Source of the DNA: Moniliella sp. 'wahieum'
Lineage: Eukaryota
DNA: 64,000 nt
Reading direction: 5' to 3'
NCBI GenBank assembly: GCA_003971905.1
Contig: RSEE01000086.1
Coordinates: forward strand, 186,001-250,000
Each line of letters opens with the position of its first letter. Position 1 is the stretch's first letter. Both the position numbers and the translations under genes were made by a program. Below, one piece after another: positions 36,436-47,676 of this stretch. The notes below the pieces were generated by a model. The model worked only from the letters and a program-made list of their open reading frames with translations. It did not search any database and had not been told where the DNA came from.

Positions 36436-38056
36436 ATGAACAGTGCAAACAACAGCGATACGTCTCCATCTTCCGGACTTGAACCCAATGATATACGATC
36501 CGATGCACTCATTCACCCTTTTGTCATGACATCAATTCTCCTCTTCGCTCAGTTCTTGGGTCTCTGGCTGCACCACCCGTTCCGCGTCTCGCTCGCGCGT
36601 GCACGAGCTAACTGGGCTCCCCGTTACCTTGCCTCCTCTGACTCACTTGTATCGCCCTCTCCCCAGAGCTTGCCAACGGTACCGACTTCCGTCGTGCGCG
36701 TACTCATCCGCACCTGGAACGCCGAGGGAGTGCGGGGATCTTGCGTGGGGCGCGTCTGATGACGCTCCGCATTCTCTTGCTCACATTACTGTGGCACCTG
36801 CTCGTCATGCCACTCCACAACCGGCACACAGCCCATTTCGAAGCATCACGCAGCACTCTCACCCTGCCGGGCAACTTTACCAATCTTACCACCCACATCA
36901 CCCCGCCACAGTTGGATGCCATCCTAGCCCCTCTCCCTCGGATGTTTGTCCATTTCGAGGACGGTATCGCTCTCTCCGACAGACCCAAACTGCTACGCAC
37001 TAGCATTAACGACACTCTTTGGCCGTATGCCGTATCTGGAAAGGAAATCCCGGAACGTTCACGCCGCTCAGTGGTGGTTGCCTTGACCATGGCGATGGAG
37101 GGAAAGATGATGCAGGACATGTCACGATGGCACGTTCCTGGACGAAGCGGCCATTCTATCCCGTTTCTCGCCATGCTTTCCGTCGTCCTCGCCATCCTTG
37201 CCATGCTGCCCATCAGTATCATCTTGACACGGTTTGTCTCTTCCTCATCAGCCCTCTCACTCACGATGGCGATCACACAATTAACACGTCTCCCCAAACA
37301 CAGTGCATACCTCTCCACGCATCCCTTGCATCTACGTACGCCACGAAAAAGTCTCCGACTGCTCCTAACTGAACAAGAACGGAAACGACCCTACCTCCTC
37401 TGGACTCTACCGGGTGTGGCGGCCGCCTGGACGGTGCACGCAGTGTTCTTTGGGTTCCTCCAACCTAGGCTCAGTTTTTGGTCCGAAGTTGGAGCTGAGG
37501 CGTTTTGGAAGACCATGTGAGCATGTACACTCAACTACAAGATGTGTATGAGCAGACGACAAAGCAGAGGCATGAATACGATGCTACACCAACCACAGGG
37601 AGTCAAGTGACAACGGTTATGCATTCTATGCTGCTGTTTGGGCTGCTGAAGGTGACTTACTTCTTGGTGGTTGCCTTTGTCATTGTTGTTGCCTCCCCCT
37701 TGGAGACGGCGATGGTTCGACTAGCGAGCCAAGGGGCTCCCTCCGAATCCGAAGATGCACCCATCCCCTGAATCGCGAGGACAACAGTGGGAGCGAGTCG
37801 GAGTTTGACCTGACCACAGGAGCGGAACGCGCCCCCGGCCCCGCCTGGGCACTGGGTCCGAAGCATTTTAGCGGCTCCTCCGGCTCAGAAGGCCGTGGCA
37901 CTCCGGTCTGCACGACCCTACACAGGATTGTGGAATTGCCTTGCCACGATGCGCCGAGAGGAAGGGTGGGGCAGTCTGTACCGCGGCTGGTGGCTGGCCG
38001 CCGCGGTCTTGTTGGTTTCGGGAAATACCAGCTTCAGCCGCGTACTGCCGTTCTAG
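36436..38056 (+). CDS. Divergent mitochondrial carrier (SLC25)-like protein
   Basis: HPFRVSLARAR, RTWNAEGVRG, SPLETAMVRLASQ, PYTGLWNCLATMRREEGWGSLYRGWW carrier-like motifs with hydrophobic helices. Confidence 0.72.
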
Positions 38057-38725
38057 CCTGATCGGTACCCGGTAATCCTGCTCCAATCAGACGAGGTTTC
38101 TGGGCTGTGCATACCCAAAATGTATTATGCCAGCTAGAATATATGTTGCCACGGGACCACACGAGAGGTGCTATAATTTGTGTTGGGTGGACGATTGCTG
38201 TACGAGAGGGTGTGCTGCTTTTGCTCCTATTGGATATGCTGTCGACACAGGTGCGTGTGGGCAGGTATAGGGGCGGGAGTTCGATCTCCTGTCGCCCCCT
38301 GAGTCGCCCTCCCCTTCGTCCCCACATTATTATCTCCCATTGCTTCCGTTTGATGTGCTTTTTGGCGTTTCCTTTTCTCTATACTGGCCGTGGTGGCCAA
38401 GCAGTGGATAGCTGGAGACAGTGGCACGTATACAGCCGCGTGGCCGCGTGGACTGTGTGGGCGCTGATGACGCGATGGGGGGGAATGGTTTGGGCCACAT
38501 GGGATGATGGCCGGCGCGTAACACCGGTCGATCGGGCCGGTCGGCCACGTGCGCGTTGGGCCAGCCGCGATGGATGATGGGCCGCGGCAATCGGTGAGGG
38601 CGTGGGATTACGTAGGCGGGTGTGAAAGCGGGGGTCGTTAGGTGGGCCGCCTCCGCCTCCCGCAAGCAACGCCGCCCCGCCCTCGCCCGACCCCACCACC
38701 ACCGCATCTCGTCTCCACGCACACG

Positions 38726-41700
38726 ATGCAGTATGTTGGACGCCTCGTGTCCAGCGTCTACAACACCATCCCTGCCATGAACATCAACCCCGCCACCCTC
38801 AGCGGTGCCATCGACATTATCGTCGTCGAGCGCCAGATTGAGATCGAGGTTGAGTCGGACGAGGACGAGGACGAGGATGAGGATCAAGCCAAGAGCCACG
38901 ACGAGAACGAGGCCAAGAACAAAGCGCATCGGAGCACGCCGCCACTCCACCCAAAGGCGCCCCACACGCCCCCACCTGACGCCCCGGCCGACGACGACGA
39001 AGAGCAGGGCCCGCCCCTGGCTGGCCACGCGGCCTGATCTGGCACCCGCCCCCGCCCGCCCCCCGGGCCCGCCTCTCCCCCCGCGTTTGAAGTGCCCGAC
39101 CTCATGCTCTCGCCCCCGCTGCGGCCCGTCAGCCCGCTCGCTCCTGCCCTGATTGGACAAGGACAAGCCCCGGCGCAAGAAACCCGATCCCAAGAAGAAG
39201 ACCAAGCTTGTCACCGAGCTCTCTTCCACTCCCTTCCATGTCCGATTCGGAAAAATGAGCGTCTCCCGCCCCGCGGAGAGGAGGGGCGTATCTCTACCCC
39301 ACTGAGTGATTGGCCCCACTAACCCAAAACCAGGTTACAACTCCACCTCAACACCACCCCGAGCCTCTTCCCTTCGTTATGAAGGTTGGCAATGAGGGCG
39401 AGGCATTTTCGTGTTTGAGACGGACGCATCCGATACTTCTATCCCGCCCGAGATGGTGACCAGTCCCGTTCTCTCGGCCGCCAGCAGCCCGCTGCTTCCA
39501 CCCGTTGCACCTGAGGATATGACATTTGTGCCCCCCTCCGAGGCATACGAAGATGAAGATACGCCACGCCACTCGCGTGCCCCTCGTTGGATGATTTGGA
39601 TCTGGGGGAGGCGGAGATCGGCGTTCCCGACCCGCTCGACGCACAATTAGCCCAGTTTGCCCAGGCTACCTCGCACAGAAACGGCGTGACCGTTTCAATC
39701 GGATTACGAGTGAGCATGGCGAAGGATGTCTGCCCTCGTTTCGCGCGACAGTTTGACTGACAGACGGACAGCAACACCTTTGACATGGATGGGTATAAGC
39801 TTACTGCCGATGGGGAGAACATTGCCGCCGAGGAGGGCGGCGGCTTGCACATGAGATGCATTTTAAGCCCAACTCGCGTCATGCCAGGGCACGTATGCGT
39901 CGGCTCCGCCGCACTCCCACCAGTTGCAACGGAAAGCGAACACAGTTCCAGCGAGAGACGATGCGACGGACGAGGGGATGGATTCGTCCTTTGCCGGTGA
40001 ATTCGTTCAGGATTTGATTCGCTGCGCACAGCACCTTCGCAGTCATCAGGGCGATGATGCAGAGTTGATCCATGCCCCTGATGACGAATACACTCTCCGC
40101 CTCGTACACCAAGATCGGTACATGATTTCCAACTCTCGCTTTCGGGTGCCGAGGGCGTGCCTCCGCAGAGCGGCGAGCGAGCAAAGCCAGAAAGTGAAGA
40201 AGCAGAGCCCGCAACGGCAGACCCTGCAATGACTGCATCTGCCCGGACGGAGGATGAGGCGGCAAGTAACGCCAAGCCCGACGAAGAAGCCCAGGCGGCC
40301 CAGAGCGCCTTTGAACAACACCGGATCAGCTACGACGAGTTTGTCCAGGACGCATCGATCGTTTCGGACGAACAACTGGTCGTGCGGTACAATGACCGAT
40401 ACCTCTTATGGGAGGACCACCCTGCCTTGTTGGCTGCCCTTTCGCTCTACCGCCGTAGCCTGCAGAGCGTTGAGCGTCCCGACGCTCGCCTGCGGGGCGG
40501 TACCGAACCCCCCAGGGTACCACTAAACCCAGTCGCTGGTCGCGCTGGTGGTCCCGGGCGCCCGGAGCGTCGGTGCCCGTGTCCGAATCGGCGACGAGCG
40601 ACGACGAGAGGGACCGCCGGTTGGAGCGGGCTAAGAGCGAACCCTTGTTTGAAGGTTATGATCATTCGGCCGCCACTAGCGACGTGTCGGGGGGGAAGAG
40701 GAGGCAGCCAAAGTGTATCTCAAGACACTGCGGTTGACCTCGGACCAGCTCAAGTCAATGAACTTGCGCAAGGGTCTCAACACCATCACCTTCTCCGTCA
40801 CCTCTTCCTTCTCAGGTGTGGCGGTGGTGCGAGCCAAGATCTTTTTGTGGGACGCTTCACAGCCCATTGTTGTGTCTGACATTGATGGTACGATTACCAA
40901 GTCAGATGCTTTGGGGCACATGTTTACACTCATTGGGCGAGACTGGACGCACCAGGGCGTGGCCAAGCTGTTTACCGACATTGCTTCGAACGGGTACCGG
41001 ATTATGTACCTCACTTCCCGCGCCATTGGCCAGGCCGACACTACACGAGACTACCTTCGTGGGATCAAGCAAGAGGGATATGTGCTCCCCGAGGGGCCAG
41101 TGATCATGAGTCCGGATCGACTGATTGCTTCCTTGCATCGTGAGGTGATCTTGCGCAAACCAGAGGTGTTCAAGATGGCCGCGCTACGGGACATTGCTCG
41201 TTTGTTTGGCAACGAAGCCCGTGCTAGCCAAGATCAAGAAGAGGAAGACCTTCCGCCGGGGCCGGCTTCGCCTGGAGAAGGGACACCTCGTTCCCGATCC
41301 CCTTCACCTCGTCCTACCTCGCCTTATTCCCCTTCCCTTGATCCCATCGCCAGCCCCCTCTCCCCCACCCGCAAAGGAACGACGGATACTTCGGCTCCAA
41401 CCCCGTTCTACGCTGGCTTTGGCAACCGGATCACGGATGCCCTCTCGTACCGTTCCGTCGATATCCCTTCGTCCGCATCTTCACTATCGACCCAAATGGA
41501 GAAGTCAAGATGGAGCTCCTCGAGATGGCTGGGTACATGACCTCGTACATTCACATGACGGATCTTGTGGACCAGATGTTCCCGTCGTCCAGAACGGTCC
41601 CAAAGATTCGCGTGCCCATCGACAGTACAGCACCTTCAACTTTTGGCGTGCGCCGTTACCGGATGTTCACCTTGAGCTTCAACCGCTTTCGCCTGCCCTG

Positions 41701-42368
41701 TCGGCCACAGGCAGCATCCGCAGCGATAAGAGTGACCCTGTTTCTCCGTCGCAACGGACCGAGGAACGACGGAGCAGGTTTCGGCTCGGCCGGATCGCCA
41801 ATTCCAGTGTGTCGACGTTGCCTACGCCCCAGGACGTGGATGGCACAGCCACGTTGGAATCTCCAACCCCTCCTTCCCTCTGGACCCCACCTTGGCGTAG
41901 GAGGACCGGATCTCCCTACACCGCCCCGCGCCCAGCTGAGGAACGTGCCACGTCTCCCTCGTTGGTGCCGTCTTTCTGCCGAGCCGGAAGAAGAAGACGT
42001 GTCGGATTTGGAGGAGGATGTGTTGCGGCAACCGGGAGGTCACCGTCGTATGCTAAGCCAAGATGCCAAAGATCATTCACAAGCATCCTTGGGATCCCCT
42101 CTAACTACGCAGGCCACAATTCTGCGCCCAAGAGTGACGAGGGCCGGGGCGCGGAGGACGAGGAGGACGAGGAGGGCCATGATGACCATCACAATCATGA
42201 TGGTGAGGATGATGGAGAGGATGATGGAGATGGTGAGGACGACGAGGGCGATGAAGGTGACGAGGGCGATGATGGTGACTTGGTTTCCGACGAGGAGGAG
42301 GCGAGCGAGGAGGACGAAGAGACCCTCTCCTTCGTCAGGGGGAGATTCGGTTCGAGTGGCACGGCTAA
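38726..42368 (+). CDS. PAH1: Lipin / Mg-dependent phosphatidate phosphatase (Pah1/Ned1)
   Basis: N-LIP INPATLSGAIDIIVVE...PFHVRFGK, MKVGNEGEA; C-LIP KTLRLTSDQLKSMNL, IVVSDIDGTITKSD (DxDxT), PFYAGFGNRITDALSY. Stop approximate. Confidence 0.96.
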
Positions 42369-42655
42369 GGACCAATGGACGACCTGTACCCTCGCCTCTG
42401 CGCTCGACCCGCACCGCGCACGACCGCCGTCCTGCTTGTCTACTGTGCTATGTACGTGCTGCACAGGCGTCTTGCAACCCTGGATGCTACGAGTTGGTGT
42501 CGTTTGTCTCCATACCGTCCATGCCATCCTACCGTTCCTGCCCTGCCCGCTACGCTGCGACGCACATACCAATCTATAATCTCTTTCTTTGTCCTGCAAG
42601 GGATGGTGTAATGAAGATAGCAGTTGATCCAACGAGCGCGCCAACGGAACGTAAC

Positions 42656-45600
42656 TTACGCCGTTGGCAACTCGAGGCCCAAGAGGCCCATGCCAAACAA
42701 GCGCGCGGTCGCGGCCAGTCCGTCGTCCGCTTGGGCTACTTCGTCCAACAACCTGCACGCGAAAAGGAGGAGACGCAAGTATGTCAGTACACCATGTAAT
42801 GTCCTTTGTCGTGCCTGTAGCACACGACAAGAGAAGACAAAGAAATGGACAAGATCTTAGTACGTACAGTTGAGGCGCCTTGGCCGCCTTGACGTTCGCC
42901 CGGCGGATCTGGGCTTTGACAGTGGCAGCTTGGGCGCAAGCGGGCATTCGGTACCTGCTTCCGCGTCGCCCTCCGATGGCGAGGCCGAGGCGAGGCAGGT
43001 GGAATGGTACGCGTGCTTGCACAAAAAGTGGGTCGAGGGCAAGCTCAATGGCGCGCCACACATGGAACAGGTGGTGGCTTGTAGCACGGCAGGCGAATCG
43101 GACGAGGTGAGGGAAACAGCAGCTTGTTCCTTGGTCCGCGTCTCGGCGAGGTAGGAACGCAACAGCGCCGTATCTGCCGCAGCGGCATCTTGCCGCCGTA
43201 AGCGAGCGCACGAGGTAAGCACGCACCAACCCGATCCCGGCACCACCCTCGTCGGACCCAGCTAGCAACTGGACCACCTCGGCGGGCGAGAGGAGAACGA
43301 GCTTCGACAATGGTGAGAATGTGTGCGACATCGGTCGAGCGCTTGGATAGGAGCGTAGGAGAGGAGACCAAGTGACGCAGAACGAGAGGATACAGGTGAG
43401 GCGCCTTGTTGCCCCACTTGTCCAACGCCTGCATCAACTGACATGCGCTCCTCCTCTTGCTCCCCCTGCGAAAGGCGGAAGAAGAGGTGGATCAGGTCGT
43501 CGTATAGCCCCAGTCGGCCGTACAGAAGTACCAGCCCGGGAGTGAGTCGGCGTGGTGCAGAGGAGCAGGGCTTGGGCCACATCGTACGGCAACGTGGCCG
43601 ATTGCTGCAGCAGCCGTAACGCGCGCGCGCCCGACGGCCCTTGGGCACCAACCCCAGCCCTTCCCCCGACACGGATCGCACAGGTACAGTTCCAACAACG
43701 TGTTCCACACGGCCTGCTGAGCCTCCTCGTCTTCCCCCAGCAAGCTGGGCGGCGCCAGCGACGCTCCGGCCTCAGAGGCGGGAGGATCGGCGACCATGTC
43801 CACCTGCTGGCCCCAGCGGAGCAGCGCAACGCTTTCCAGGAACAAGGCAAACTCGTCCTGCATCCCAGCAAAGTGGGCAAAAAAGGTTTGGGGCGAAGGC
43901 GGCGAGTACGGCGGCGGTACGGATGACTGTGGTTTTGGCTCGGGCTCTGACGCTGACGCTGGCTCTGGCTCTGGTTCTGGCCCTGGCTCTGGCTTGGCCT
44001 CGGACTCGGGCTGTCGCTCCGCCCCTTGCTCCGACGCTTCAGGTAGTGGCCGTGCGGGCTCTGACACTGGCTCTGCCGTGCGGGAACGGAGGTAGGAGGT
44101 GAGCTGCAGGTAGGACATGAGACCCTTGCTTTGGGATTCGGTGGGAGGCGGTGGTGCCAAAGCCGGGACGGAGAGGTCGAGGTCGTCAGCTGTCTCGTCG
44201 GGAGCGGGGAGCGCGCGCGCCTCGAGCGGAAGCACGCCGGGCACAAAGTGGCCCGCACACAGTTCCACCAGCAACGTTGTGGTTGGCATGGCACGGTGGA
44301 GGAGGAGAGCACGAGCATGGGACTGTAGCAGTTCCCCCGCCTGCGTAGGCGACGACCGACGCACATACACCAGTGCCGCATCCCAGTCTTCCAGATCGTT
44401 GACTTGGATGCGCATGTACTCGCCTGCATCGCCGTAGCGCGCGGCAAGGTAGCCCGCTTGCGCATAGAACCCGCCTTGCCGACACACCCGGATCGCCGTG
44501 GCCAGGTCAAAGGGCAGCGTGGCCCGCTCGCGCTCCCTCGCATCCTGCTCCGTCCCTTCCTCCTCCGTGCCTTCCTCCACCTCAGGCAGCGGCGAGAAGA
44601 GTCCATCGCCATTCGTTGGGAGCTGAGGAGGGCGTTGGCGTTTCTTCGCAGCACGCACGGCGCGCGCGGCCGCCCGTGCCGGTTGGCGAATGAACGCGTC
44701 GAGCGAAGCGACGTCCTTGAGCTTGGCATAGCAGTTGAGCAGCAACGTGGTGTGCTCGGGCGTAGCGAGCCCTTGGGCATGCAGCGCAGCCAGGTACGTG
44801 GCCAAGTTGCCGATCCGTTGCGAGTCGAGCAGCTAGCAAGCGAGTTAGTTCTCTCTCTCTTCCTTTCTCTCTCAGATCTCGTGGCGGACAGGACAGGACA
44901 GACGTGATGGTAACGTACCTTTCGGATCACATGGCTCGGCCGCACCGCCCCCACAGCCTTGGACCACTGCGCCGTAGCAGCATCAAACTCGCCGCGGCCA
45001 TACAGCGAGTCGGCGTACTGCGCATGCAGCGACGCCACCAACGGCACCGCTGCCTCCAACGCACGTGCCAGTCGCATGTGCCGCCCGGTCGTTGTGCACC
45101 GTGACCCGGCTGGCGCGGTCACCTTCCCCCCACGGCCCCGCACCCACTTGCAACAACGTCAGGAGGTAAGTGCGCGTCGTGCTGAGCGCCGTGGCAAACT
45201 CGCCCCCCGGACCTGGTGCTTCGGCGGCCAGGCCCAGCGAGGCAGGTACCGAGGGAGCCAGCGCAAGCCGCACCAACGCATCTGTCCGAGCACGCAGCGA
45301 GCGCTGGGTCAAGCGCAGCATGCTGCCCTCGTTGGACAGAATGCAGATCTTGACTTGGCCCGCGGCCGGTCGGTGGCCGACTCGACCCAAACTGCTCGTA
45401 CGCCCGAGGGACACGGTGGGTAACCGCATGGCCTGCGCTTCCAGGTCAAACACATGCAGCAACGCCGTCTCTTTCCCGGTGGCTCCTTTGGGAGGACCCC
45501 AGACGACGAGGTGCTGTGTTCCGGCCGCCGCGCCGGCCGGGGCCGAGTCGGTAATGCGGTAGAGCACATTCGGATCACAGGTAAGCAGCGCAGCTGTCTT

Positions 45601-47067
45601 GCTGCCTTCCAGCGCATAGCACGCTTCCCGCCCTTCCCCACCGGCAATGTAGATCGCCTCGTCGCGCACCAACACCAGCTTGCCCGCTAGGCCTACGCGC
45701 GCCCGCCACGCCCGCGCTGTATCGCGCAACACGGTCTCGGCAGCCACGTTGGAGCTCCTCTGTTCTTCCGAGCCCGTCGTGCGCGCCGGAACGAGTCCCC
45801 GTGGATCCCCGTTGGCGGGCAAGAGCGCAAGCGCATTCAACGTGCTGGGCAGTAGCCGCGCAGCCTAGCGCCGTACCTACATCATCCACAATCGTAGGAC
45901 GGCCATAGGACGCACCGGCCGGCGCTTGCACCAGGTAGCGCATCAGTTTGGTCGGTGTCACAATGTACAGGTACACCACCATCCCACTTACGGGCGTCGT
46001 CGACTTCTTCTTGTCCCGCGCCACGTATCCCTTGCTCGGTGCTGGGGCGGGGTAGACCCAGAGTCCGCGTCAGCGTCCCGCACCCCACTCAGTGCGAGCG
46101 CGGTCAAAGGCTCAAGCGGCGCGTCGGTCGACCGCGATGGCTGCTGCATGATCACTTTGAACTTGGGCAACTGCGCCATCGGTAACGACACCTCCGTCTC
46201 GACCCCATTCTTGTCCGTCTTCCCCGTTGGCTTGGCAGTTTGGCAGATTTGGCAGGCTTGGCACTGGTTACTGCATCCAATGCATCCGACAGGCCGCGCG
46301 CAGCAGTACCGTCCCATCTGCCAGTCCGACCGCAAGGAAGGCAAGGTCAGGCGTGTGCGTCAGCGCTGCAACGGGGGTAGGACGAGAGCCGTGCTGGACC
46401 CGCGCTTCGGCCAACAGGCGCGGGCGTAAGTAAGCCTGGGTGGTATGGTGACGCGGGATCGCACGTGCATCTCCAGGCCGCAGAGGGGGGAGCTCATCGT
46501 CTGTCGTTTCGGTCGTCTGTTCTTCGCAACGATCTGGCGCAGGTCCCAGATCCGCAACAAAGGGAACCGCACTCCAGCCTGTTCGCCCAACCCGACCAGG
46601 CGGCCGGATGCGTCGGAGGAGAGGTGGGTGATGCGGCCACCACCAATGCCATCGCCAAAGGCATCGAAGGTGAGGATCGGCTGGTACGAGCCTGGTGCGA
46701 GCAGAGAGATGCGTCCCGAGGCATATCCGACGGCGAGCAGCCGCGCGCACCCATCGCCGCGCGGCCGGCCAGGATGCGGCGGCAGCAGCGAGGGCGGAGC
46801 TTGCGGGTCAAAGCTGTCGCTGGGGGAGAGACCAGCCTGCTGCGGAGGCGAGGGCGGTGGCACATGCGCTGGCGGCAGTGGGCGGATGGACAACGGCGGT
46901 GAGCGAGGGCCGGAGGGCGAGGGGCACAACGCAGAGCACGTCTTTGCTCTGCGCCGACGACGGCCGAGGCGGAGGGCAGCAGCGCCGACTGCTGGGGCGC
47001 AAGCACCGGCGCGGCATCGTACCACTCGAAGCGACACGCCTGGACGGCGAGCTGAGCTGGCAGGCAT
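42656..47067 (-). CDS. VPS11: HOPS/CORVET core subunit Vps11 (Pep5)
   Basis: N-terminal propeller (FPLLRIWDL, FLAVGLADGTVLL), YADSLYGRGEFDAA, VIRK|LLDSQRI, HTTLLLNCYAKLKD, FDLATAIRVCRQGG, RING CSMC...HFLCKHAYHSTC...ECP, C-terminal DGLAATARLFGMG; introns 44833-44918 and 42753-42867. Confidence 0.95.
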
Positions 47068-47602
47068 CGGGGACGGCGGGGCAGAACAGAGAGTGGTGGT
47101 GGAGGTGGTGGAGGTGGCTGCGTTGCGTTGCGTTCAATCGCGGCGCCTGCCTCGGCGAGGCGCTGTCGCTTGGATCGGCGGCGCACCCACATCACATCTC
47201 ATCACATGGGCCCGTTCCCATCACATGCACAGCACACCACGTGACACTGGCCTTTGCTGCTGCGCACGCACGTTATGTGGAGCGGCTGCGGCTCATCGTG
47301 GCTGGTCTACACCTTTCTTCTGCGTCGTCCATTGCGGTATCATTCATTGCACGTGCCGCGCCCCTTTCCCACACCCCCACCGCGCAGGCACAGGGCGGTT
47401 CCAATCCATCCATCCGTCCGAGACGGCCTGCAGTGCTCGACTGCTGCTGCCCTCCCATTCGAACAGGGGAGGGGAACGGTCGGCGGATCAAGCAGCGATC
47501 CCACTCCGTCTCCCATCCCATCCCGCTCCATGTGACTCCGTCCCATCTCCAGTCCACGCCACCGTCCCCCCACTCTCGCGGTCCCCCTCGCAACCGTCTT
47601 GG

Positions 47603-47676
47603 TTCATGCTTCATGCTTCATGCTTCATGCTTCATGCTTCATGCTTCATGCTTCATGCTTCATGCTTCATGCTTCA
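47603..47676. repeat. (TTCATGC)10 perfect heptamer tandem repeat
   Basis: Ten perfect units plus TTCA, overlapping the 3' end of the second Stealth gene. Confidence 0.98.

Noticed and set aside
18243..47067. Programmed frameshifting or insertional RNA editing as the cause of broken ORFs
   Set aside because: The missing bases differ in identity, occur on both strands, fall in homopolymers wherever examined and share no motif; sequencing error is far more parsimonious.
47603..47676. Telomere-like or CRISPR-like repeat
   Set aside because: Internal location, not TTAGGG-like, no spacers, eukaryotic context and no cas genes.
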